From: Neovahlkampfia damariscottae
Taxonomy: Eukaryota
Assembly: GCA_016618085.1 (NCBI GenBank)
Contig: JABLTG010000130.1
Coordinates: 1 to 60,170 of the forward strand
Direction: 5' to 3'
DNA length: 60,170 bases
Made by a program: the position numbers and the translations under genes. Position 1 is the stretch's first letter; each line of letters opens with the position of its first letter. Shown piece after piece: positions 1-9,937 of the stretch. The notes under the pieces were generated by a model. The model did not search any database and had not been told where the DNA came from. It saw nothing but the letters and a program-made list of their open reading frames with translations.

Positions 1-2
1 AA

Positions 3-203
3 GATTATTTCAATTGTAAATATTGTAATTTTTCTCTTCCAAGAGATTATAATGGAGCAAGAAATATATTTCTGATGAATATACAAAATTTTATTGGAAA
101 TCCAAAAACTGCCAGTACTGCTGGCGACGGTCCTATCCCGAAAGAAACCTTGATTTTAATGTCTGGTCTGATTAATCAGAATGAACAGAAAAGTCAGTTT
201 TAA
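3..203 (+). CDS. C-terminal fragment of a TnpB/Fanzor (Fanzor2/IS607-type) RNA-guided nuclease, truncated by the window start
   Basis: Frame 3 translates DYFNCKYCNFSLPRDYNGARNIFLMNIQNFIGNPKTASTAGDGPIPKETL...QF* (stop 201-203). A zinc-ribbon CxxC followed by RDxNGARNI is the RuvC-III motif of TnpB/Fanzor. Absent from the ORF track. Confidence 0.88.
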   Translation, partial: DYFNCKYCNFSLPRDYNGARNIFLMNIQNFIGNPKTASTAGDGPIPKETLILMSGLINQNEQKSQF

Positions 204-272
204 GATAGCGGATAAATCTCATCAGCAACTTTTTTGGTTCAAATTCTGAAGACTTTCTCAGTTGTTACAATG
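108..272 (+). ncRNA. Putative omegaRNA scaffold / element right end overlapping the Fanzor 3' end
   Basis: Hairpin GCCAG(111-115)/CTGGC(121-125); CTATC(133-137) complementary to GATAG(204-208); perfect palindrome TCTGATTAATCAGA(167-180); stem AGCAACT(224-230)/AGTTGTT(260-266). The position matches known TnpB/Fanzor omegaRNA placement. Boundaries approximate. Confidence 0.6.
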
Positions 273-875
273 TCTCAATCAACCAAGTTCATCAACTAGA
301 TTTGGGTCAAAACAACAACGTCAACCTCGAATATGGTCGTATTGGAGAAGAACATCATTATTTTTATTTTAATGACAATTATGGTAGAATTTTTCGTATT
401 CATTTGTACACAGGAGGTAATAATGTTACTGGAGATATTAGATTAAAAATTAGATACAAAGAATATGAATTAATTTGCATATTGAGGAGTAACAACAATT
501 GGACATTGGGTGGTTTAAAAATTTAGCTCCAAATATTAAATACTTTGAGAACTATTTTGAAGAATTACTTGACTCACAAGAAATTTAGAATAAAGAAATT
601 TTTCTAATAGTTTCCATGAAAATGAAAAAACCTTAACAGAGGCTGTGAAGAAGTCAACTGAAAACCATTGTCCAAAAGGAGAAGTCTGCACAAAATTACA
701 TTCAAAAATATCAAAATTCATTGGAATTTCAGAACAAATCGAAATAAGCATTACACTGTATCTCGGCGAAATTGGATTTTTGGGCTGGGAAAAAGTAGGG
801 TTTTTTGAGGAAACGGAAAATTTAAGTCGCTGGAGTTCGACAGAGCTTGGAGCCATTCCACCTACTTACTTGTAA
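209..875 (+). pseudogene. ATG-less, fragmented coding-like sequence right of the element end (possibly an interrupted host gene)
   Basis: Frame 2 is open from 209 to 526 with no ATG; a second ATG-less open frame spans 594-875. No recognisable family. Confidence 0.3.
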
Positions 876-1179
876 TAAAAAACAAATTGTTCAAAATTTA
901 TTTTATGACTGTTTTTTTTACTTCATCCGCCATTTTTAATGATTTTATAATGTTTAAAACTGTTTCTTTTCTTTTTTTCAATACAAAACTTGAACCTTTG
1001 AATAAAAAAAAATTTAAGAAGACTTCTTTTTTCTATTCTTGTTAAAATTAATCATAAAAGAATTGTGTGGTCTTTTGTTTGATGCTCATTTTTCGTCGTT
1101 TTTGATTGGACGATTATTTGATTTGTTTTGATGCATAAATAACGAATTTCAACGACTTTTTACCTAACTGACAAATTCC

Positions 1180-2031
1180 ATGACTCCTAACACACCAAAT
1201 GATGCCATCGTCACTTTAAACATTGGTGGAAAAATATTTCAAACAAAACAATCAACTTTATCTCAAACCATCAACAATGAAGAAAATTTATTCACAAATT
1301 TATTCAAGTCCAACTTTAAGATTCAAATAGATTCTGAAAAAAACATTTTTTTTGACAGAGATGGAACTTATTTTCACTATTTGTTGAATTATTTAAGAGA
1401 AAAAGGTGAATTAAAAAATGTTGATTTTCCAATTGAAAATTCATTAATCATTTCACAATTGATACATGAAACAAGATATTTCGGTTTGAATCAATTAACC
1501 ACATTTTTGTTAACTCAAATCAAAGAAAAAAAGAATTTCAATTTTTCTAATTTTTCAGAAATCAGAGGAAATAACATCATTTTATTGAACGATAAAAAGA
1601 TGGCAATATCAATTGGAGATAATAATGAATGGTCTTCAATTTTTGTTGATTCACCAATTCTTCAAAATGTAACTAATTTTATTGAGTTTGATGTAATTTT
1701 ACCTTCAATGAGAAGCATAAGCATTCCAAATCAAATTCAATGTGAAATTGGAATTCAAAAAAAAGATTTCATAAAATTAAATCAAAATTCTTTCAAAAAT
1801 AATTTATACTTTATTTCAAACTTATCACAAAGAAGAAATCGAATTGGAATTGAAGTTGATTTCAGAAAAGAATATTTGACAATGTACATCAATGGTATTA
1901 GATACCACAGTATCAATTTACTTTTTTATGGTAAAAATGATCCTTCAACAAAAGACAACCAATGGCATTTTGTTATTTCAATGAACGCAAGAGATTTTGA
2001 AATCTCAATTTATGATCAGTTCATTGAATAA
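1180..2031 (+). CDS. BTB/POZ (KCTD/T1-type) domain protein with a SPRY-like C-terminus
   Basis: VTLNIGGKIFQT...IFFDRDGTYFHYLLNYLR...ETRYFGL is a T1-type BTB. The C-terminal RIGIEVDF...LTMYING resembles SPRY. Confidence 0.85.
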   Translation: MTPNTPNDAIVTLNIGGKIFQTKQSTLSQTINNEENLFTNLFKSNFKIQIDSEKNIFFDRDGTYFHYLLNYLREKGELKNVDFPIENSLIISQLIHETRYFGLNQLTTFLLTQIKEKKNFNFSNFSEIRGNNIILLNDKKMAISIGDNNEWSSIFVDSPILQNVTNFIEFDVILPSMRSISIPNQIQCEIGIQKKDFIKLNQNSFKNNLYFISNLSQRRNRIGIEVDFRKEYLTMYINGIRYHSINLLFYGKNDPSTKDNQWHFVISMNARDFEISIYDQFIE

Positions 2032-2037
2032 ATAGTT

Positions 2038-4490
2038 TTATTTATTTTCATTTTCAAGGAATTTTAATATCCAACTTCCTAATCTCATACCAACAGCGAC
2101 TCCTTCATTCAAAAAATCTGACATATTCAAATAGCCATGTCCCAAACCATCAAAAATATCTAACTTTACTTTTCCACCATTATTTTTATTAATTCTTTGT
2201 GCCATGTAAACACCATCATCAAATAATGGATCTAATGTCCCAATGTTGATATAAGTTGGTGGGAATAATTTTAGTACTTCATTAGGTGCTACAGCTGGTG
2301 AAATGAATGGATTTTGTTTTCCATCATAGCCTTCTTCACCATGTTTTAAATAAGATTCGGAACACATTTTCAAAAATGAAAAATTGACCATAGGATCGAT
2401 TAGACTGCATAATCTTCCAGGAGAAGGACTTGTTGTCAAATAAGTGGCAGGATATGAAATTGCAATTGCATCAGGAGGTTTTACACCTTCAACAATACAT
2501 CTTAATGTTAATGCTAATGATAAATTTCCTCCTGCTGAATCTCCAGATACGATGATATTTTTGATTTTTGTTTTCAAAAAAATATGACCAACTTTCAGGA
2601 ACCATTTATAAGCTAAGAAACATTCTTCATGAGAAACTGGAAATTTGACTAAAACATTATTAATTTTTTTGTTCAATTTTACATTCAGGTGCTTTTCTGT
2701 AGTCAATGGATATGATTGGTAATCCAGTATGTGATGACCATCTTCGAAGATAACTTTCATGTCCAAATGTTGACATTGCAACAAATCCACCACCTAATAT
2801 GTTAATTTATGTCTATATATTACCATGAATATGAAAAATTACACTTCCTTTTTTTTCTTCATCCACTTTGACTTCAGGTTGGATGAATGAAGCAAACCAA
2901 TTTTCAAGAACTTTGAATGTTGGAAAATCGGATTTAGTTTCAATCTTCAAAAGATTATCAATTTTATAAGGTGATAATAATCGTGCTGCCACATCAGGTG
3001 ACTCAAAATCTCCTAATTGTTTAGGTATCATTTTTGCCATTTTAATAAATTTTTCAATGGACACACCATTGTCATTTGAAACAATATTAGACACAATTTT
3101 CTCTTCTTTCAATTCAACTTTGACCTCATTTTTAATGATTTCTTTTAATTCAACTTTAATTTTTGTTTTTGTTTCTTGGGATTGCTCTTCAATTTTGTTC
3201 ACAAAAATTTTTGTATTTTCCAAATTTTGAATTGTTTTTTCAAAGATTTCATTATTTTTAGAAATTTCATTTGTTTTATATACAACTTGTTTATTTCCGT
3301 CCATCAAAAAAATTTCATCATTTTCTTTCAGGTACAAATCATTTCTTGGAATAGAAAAAGTTACAGATGTGTTTATCTTTGGAAATGACAAATAAATACC
3401 TGCCTTAACTATTTAAAAATAAGATTAATATAAAATATTACCAAATGGTTTATCATGAAAATCCCATAAAGCTTTTCCTTTTCCTGCATCAACTTCAGAA
3501 AAAAAATTTGTTGTATTTTTTGCTGCTTCATCAAAATTTAAAAAGTAATAAATATTTGAAGTAACAAAATTAGTATCTTTCCAATTTGTGGTCAATGCAT
3601 AAGAATGAGAAGCTGTTCCAGAAACTAATAAACTAAAAAATACACCCAATCTCCAAACGTATTGAGTACCAATTTCTTTCATAAAATCAACTATATATAA
3701 CTTTGTCACTTGTGGATAACTAATAAACATTAAATTAAATCATTATTTTTTTTTCAAACTCTGAGATTTCTATGTCATCGTTGAAAGGTGTCAATCCTTT
3801 ATTTTTTTCTAATTTTTCATAAGCAATTAAACCAACATCGATTAAAGTGTATAATACATTTATTTTTCTCATTGATTTTTCAAATGAACTTTGATACCCT
3901 TTCAAATTTTTTTTTATATTTTCTGATAATTTTTTTCTTTTCAAAACTTCGAGATACTCATTTTCTAAGGTATGTATAAAAGTAATAAATAAACCACGAC
4001 CATAAAAATTAAAATTTTTGATGGTATAATATTCTTCCCATTCTTTTTCATCTTTGTTATTTTTTTCTAAATTTATAAACTCTTCTTGGTCAATTGAATT
4101 TTCTTTGATTTCAACATTTTCTTCTAAATCTATACCACCATAACCTCTTCTTCTTGAGTAAGATTGTGAGGCTTCATAGGAATTTTTTAACATCCCATTG
4201 ATTAATGTTAAAAGTTTTTTTGAGTAAAGGGAAATTAATGAATCTATTTTGAAATTAAAAATAAGTTTTTTTCATACTTTCTTGTTGTTCACTGAGTTCT
4301 GTTGTGAGTTCTAATTGTATTTTCACAGCACTGTTGATGAATGAATTATAAAGAGTCAAAGGTTGTTCTTTCTCTGGTAAATTGAGTCTTGTCTGTGAAA
4401 TTTGAATTTTAAATCTTACTGTTCTGTTTTGTATTGGTGAACCTTCAAACCAAATAGTGGTTCATCTTTCATAGTCGGATCAATTTCCAT
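2038..4490 (-). CDS. Hormone-sensitive-lipase-like alpha/beta hydrolase, multi-exon (N-terminus uncertain)
   Basis: FHIHG|GGF across an intron near 2794-2820, GDSAGGNL nucleophile, DPLFDD and GHG catalytic motifs. The ORF pieces 3735-4193, 3425-3730, 2813-3391 and 2038-2793 join via short introns. Confidence 0.85.
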
Positions 4491-4639
4491 TTTTTGCAGA
4501 GTTTTAATTTTAGAACCTTTGAACCAATGATCTTTATCTCTCAACATCAAAAATAAAACTGAAATTTTTTTGAATTCTAGTGCGCATTATTACTTCTGTA
4601 ATTTTTTTAGTAGCCAAAAATATGATTGGATAATAAGAA

Positions 4640-5654
4640 ATGAGTGAAGAAGACAAACTGCCTGTTGTTTCATTCAAAAATATTCAAAATCCAGACAATT
4701 TTAAAATTGTAAGAAATAATAACTTCTAAAGTGTGCAGATTTGTAAAAACGTAGAGGAAGCAATTTCAGAATATGGCTTTTTCATTGTCATTGATCACTC
4801 CATAACAAAAGAAACAATTGAACAGGCTTTTTCACATTCAAAAAAATTCTTCTCATCATCAAAAGAAGAAAAAGAAAATTCAGTTTGGACTGATTCAGCT
4901 TCAAATCGTGGTTATATCAAGATGAACAAAGAATGTAAAAAAAAAAATAATAATCTAATTTTTTAGCGTTGGATCCAACAAGTGGACGATCAGATCCAAA
5001 AGAATCATATAATGTTGGAAGTGTCAATGATGGAAAAAATATTTTTCCTGACGAAAAGTTTCCAGAATTTGGTGAATTCTATGAAGATTTCTATCTAGTA
5101 ATATTTTGATTTTTCTGACTTGATTTTTCAAGCAATGTTATAAATTAAGTCTTCAAATAATGAAAATATTTGCAATTAATTTGAAATTAGATGAAGATTT
5201 TTTTGATAAAAGTCACAGTGAAATGTTTAACACACTGAGAATTTTACATTATCCAAAATCAGATGAAAAAGTGAAAGCAGGCATTCATTCTGATTATGGG
5301 TCCATTACATTATTATTCCAAGATGATATTGGAGGTCTTGAAATCCTCAAAAAAGGAAAATGGATTCCAGTTCGAAATCCAAACGTTTCTGAAGAGACAT
5401 TCCCAATTATCATAAATTCAGGAGATTTGATGGAAATTTGGACAAACAAAAAGTATCCATCTGTTAAACATAGAGTAATTGGAACAAAGAGAAATGAAAT
5501 TGAAAGTAGATATTCAATTGCTTACTTTTGTCATCCTGATAAAAAATGTGAAATTAAAACTGTCGAATCATGTTTGAATAAAGACAAATCTTCAGATTTT
5601 CAGAAAGTAAATTCATTTGAATACTTATTGAATAAACTAAATAATTCATATTAA
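4640..5654 (+). CDS. 2-oxoglutarate/Fe(II) dioxygenase, IPNS/DIOX_N family, 4 exons
   Basis: LPVVSF N-terminus, YGFF, NRGY, HSDYGSITLL (HxD), HRV and RYS motifs. First intron 4709-4738. Confidence 0.92.
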
Positions 5655-5672
5655 ATGAATTTTTTTTTAATT

Positions 5673-6412
5673 TTAATTGAAAACTTGTGCGGATAATATC
5701 TTGATATCATGTTTTGGTTTATCATTTTCTTCTGTTGGAACTAAACCTATTTTTTTGACAATGCTCATTCCATTTTTGACTCTGCCAAAAATAGTGTGTT
5801 TTCCGTCAAGCCATGGAGTTGGTGCTAATGTAATGAAGAATTGACTTCCATTTGTATTTGGTCCACTTTTGAAAAGTTGAATCTTTAATTATTCTTTACC
5901 TATTTGCCATTGATAAAATACCTGCACCTACATGTTTTAATTCTTTTGTAGTTTCTAATTTCATTAAATTTTAATAACTTTTTTGAATTTACCATCCTCT
6001 GAAAAAAATTAAAAATTTTGTTTTGAAAGTACCAAATTTTGATCCATAAATTGATTTTCCACCTTTTCCAGTCCCTGGTTTGTATGAATTTAATGGATTT
6101 TTTTTTTACCAGTCGGATCTTTAAAAAAGTTAACAAAGTATTTCATTGTTGTTTTTACCTCCTCCTTGAATCATAAAATCTATTTTTTCATAAAATTAAT
6201 TTCTCTGAATAAATAAATACCTTTTATTACTCGATGAAATATAGTATTATCATAATAACCGTTTTCTGCTAAAGCTCCAAAATTATAACATGTTTTTGGA
6301 GCATGTTCATAATATAATTCAATTTCTATTTCACCTACAGAAGTAGTTAATTTTACAAATTTCTTGATTTTAAAAAAGACTCATGACTTACGTATGTTTT
6401 TTCTGAAGACAT
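5673..6412 (-). CDS. Cyclophilin-type peptidyl-prolyl isomerase (PPIL1-like), about 7 exons including microexons
   Basis: Spliced translation APKTCYNF...[27 protein letters not shown]...[35 protein letters not shown]. Confidence 0.93.
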
Positions 6413-6913
6413 AAAAAAAATGATTGGATAAATTTTTATTCTCAAGTTTCTGTCCAAAATAAAAATCCTGAATATCCTATTACTGATAAAATCAAAAATG
6501 TTTGTATTTTGTGATTCACTTTATGAAATGGTTTTGTTCGTTTTTGAAAATTTTTTGGATCAGTTGGATCATATGGCAAATGTGGTTTTTTCATGATGAA
6601 TTGAGGAATAATTCAATTGGTCGAGTGCGGGAACTTGTTCAATGTTATTAATCTTTTGTTGTTTCGTTCCAAAAAGAGGTTCTATAACTTTCAAAATGCA
6701 AAAGCTCAATAGTCAAAAGTGGAAAGTGATATGATTGGAGGATTTTCTTCCAAATCTAAATTGAGAAATGAAAATTGTTTGATTATTCATTCAAAAAATC
6801 ATTTTCGAAAAAAAATCATTTTTTACTAAAATCCAATTGATCCGAAGAGACATTTTCATTGGACCCACTGTGTGATGTTAACCAATCACACGGTTTTTGT
6901 CTATTCGAGAAAA

Positions 6914-8972
6914 ATGGGTGGTAAGTGAAGCTTTTTTCTAAAAACCGTTGGTCATAGATATAGAGATACAAACACAAACAAATTTATTTCCGCTGAAGGC
7001 TCAGTTTTCTCTTCAGGAGAGTAACTTTATCTTCAAAAGGTGGAAAAAAAAACAGTTCATTTTAAATGAAGATTCAATTGTCATAAAAGATGAAAACTCA
7101 GATAAAGAATCATGTAGAATATCAGTTACAAACGAAACGTTACTACACGGATCAAAAGTGGGAAAAAACTTGAAAAAAAAATACAGATTCAAACTTGTTG
7201 AGAAAAAACAAGATTATTTATTTGAAACAGACAGCATAATCACATATAATATTTGGAGAGATGCTTTTAAAAAACTTGAACTTCATGGATCTGAAAATTT
7301 GAGTTAGCAAAAAAAAAAACGAACTAATTTTTATTTTATAGACGTAGTTAAACCACGAAATGACAGTTTTGCATTTTTAGTATCCGGAGGTGTCTGTGGT
7401 GAGGATTCTGTTGAAAATATAACTTCAATGCAATCAGTAGAAGATGAAGTCATCAGTATCACAACTCATGGTAAAATTTTGAAAAAAAAACCGTTAAACT
7501 TAAAAAAGATGTAACACAATGGGAAACACACCATGTAAAAAAATGGCTCGAAGGAGTATTATTCTTTGAAAAAAAAGAAACTGTAAATCAAACTGTACAA
7601 ATATTTAAATCCGTGAATGGAAATGATTTGCTGGTATGTGACATTTTTGACATTTTTTACTGTTTTTTTTCAGACAATGGATTATGATACTATACAAGGT
7701 ATAGGAGTTCAGGATATCCGAATTATCGGTATAATTTTACAAAACATTGCTGTCATTAACGAAATGAGAGGTCAGTTTTGGTTTTTTTTTTTGACATTTT
7801 AAGTTTTTAATTTTGCAAAGTTTGCTATTGCTAATAAAGTTCATAAAAGTGTTCAAACTGCTCCTCAACTCAAAAATAGAAAATTAAAATTAAGACAAGT
7901 CCTGGAAATTGTTGATAACCTAAGTTCAGCAAAATCTTTGAAAGCAAGTTATCTGAACCCTAAATCAAGAAATGTAAAAAAGTTGTTGGATATCATGGAA
8001 GCAAATGTATTAGGTGGTTCAACTCTTGAGGAGGATACTTTAGAAAGAAAATCAGATAAAGACTTAAGACCTGGTGAAGAAGTGATTTCAGTAATTACAG
8101 AAGATGTAAATATGAAAGAAGAAACAGTTGACAAACCTACAAACAAGTAAAAAAAAAAAAAAAAAATTAAATTTAAAAAGAGAACCAATGTTAAAAGTCA
8201 AAATTGTAATTACAAGTACAGAACATATAACAGATAAAACAAGAAAAATAGTTTCACCTTTGGTCAATCCAATCAAAAATATCAACTCTCAATTTGGGTT
8301 ATTTCACACTGCTTTGATTATAGGACCTTATTATTTAGATTGGACAGAACAAGAATTAGTTATACCAAAAACTGTTATGAAATCAAAAAGAAGTTTTATG
8401 TCTATTGATGTTACAGAAATACCAGTTAAAAATATAGATGAAATTGTAGATAGTTTAGCAGATGTCATTTCAGAATGGAATGTTTATTATAAATACTCTC
8501 AAATGAACGGTGATAGAAGAGGTAATTGTCAAGATTTTGTGGATGCAATTTTTGAAAAATTGAATATAAAATATGAACCAAAAGGTAAAAAAAAAATTTT
8601 TATTCACTTTTTTCAGGAATTCTTGCTGAATATTTGAAAATTATTCGAAATAAGGGTAAATCTACACCTATATTTTCACCTGATGATGACTTCAAAAAAA
8701 AATTCAAAACAGAAGAAATAGAATTCAAATCTCATAAAGAAGTTGACAAATATGTGTTGGATTTGTTAAAGATTGATCCTGATTTTGAGAATTCATATCC
8801 AGATGAATATAAATTATTGAAAAGTTTCGACAGAGGCTTTTGGTTGAGAGAGTTCGATGAACTTGCAAAAATGAAAGATAAGCATAAAATTAGAGAGTAC
8901 TTGGATGAAGAAAAATCATGTTGCTTTAAAGACCCAAGAAGAACGGGTTCATTCATTGCACCAAAAGAATAA
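6914..8972 (+). CDS. PH + SAM-like + PPPDE/DeSI-like (permuted papain fold) protein, paralog 1
   Basis: PH (FKRWKKKQFIL...YLFETDS...W), SAM-like (VTQWETHHVKKWL...VNGNDLL), then FHTALIIGPYYLDW...GNCQDFVD with His before Cys. Multi-exon. Confidence 0.7.
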
Positions 8973-9046
8973 AAACTTCGATTCTGTAAAATGATTGGTT
9001 GTTGTTATTTTTCCGCTCTAACTTGACGAAATACAGACCAAACTAA

Positions 9047-9865
9047 ATGAGACAATTATATTTCTGGTTGATTTTTACATTCTTAGTATTTATTATAAAC
9101 TCATTTTATATGTATCAAATTCTAAATTTAAGAAAAAATCGAGAAGATATTCAAAAAGGTTTTTCTTTACAAACAACAAATAAATGTTCACCATATCATT
9201 ATAAAATGGAAAATGATGAATGTTTATATACACCAAAAACATTTGAAACATGGAGAAATATGCCTCAAATTTGTTTATACATGAGCACAGAATGCAAAGG
9301 CAGTAATCATCTTTTTGGACAAAAAAATAAAGGACAAATGAGTTGGACAGACTTATTAGTTTTAGATTTAATACTCACAACTGAAAAAAAAATCAAAAAT
9401 TTTATTGAATTTGGCACTTTAGGAGGTGAAGTTTCTTTGTATTTAGGAATGGTGTCCAAAATGAGAAATGGTCAATTTATAACGTTGGACAAAATGGACA
9501 GAAGAACTGAAAATATTCAAAAATCATGGTTTGAAAATATGGAATTCATCAAAGAAGAACACCTTTATGATAATTTGACAATTTCAAAAAATGAACTAAT
9601 GAAAAATGAAAAAGGAATTTCGAAACTATTTTTGGATGAAAATACAATGGTTTTATTTGATGGATTTAAATGCGCTGAAATAGAAGCTTATTTGAAATAT
9701 TTTAAAGGTTCCATTTTTTTAACAAAAGATTGGGATCCTTTGGATTATGATTGTGTGGCTAAATACCTTGATGATTATGATTTTTCTGAAATTTTTGAAA
9801 ATTTAGTTGATTCTGTTGGTTCCAAATTAAAGGCATGGAAGAGAATTAATTCTCCGAAAGAATAA
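9047..9865 (+). CDS. Signal-anchored class I SAM-methyltransferase-fold protein
   Basis: N-terminal hydrophobic helix; FIEFGTLGG motif I, FITLD, VLFDG and downstream DW resemble the Methyltransf_24/CmcI fold. Confidence 0.55.
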   Translation: MRQLYFWLIFTFLVFIINSFYMYQILNLRKNREDIQKGFSLQTTNKCSPYHYKMENDECLYTPKTFETWRNMPQICLYMSTECKGSNHLFGQKNKGQMSWTDLLVLDLILTTEKKIKNFIEFGTLGGEVSLYLGMVSKMRNGQFITLDKMDRRTENIQKSWFENMEFIKEEHLYDNLTISKNELMKNEKGISKLFLDENTMVLFDGFKCAEIEAYLKYFKGSIFLTKDWDPLDYDCVAKYLDDYDFSEIFENLVDSVGSKLKAWKRINSPKE

Positions 9866-9937
9866 TCCAATGGTTATTCAATTTTGATTTAATTGGTTGA
9901 AAATAATTTTGGCGCAATTAGTCCTAACCAGTGAACA

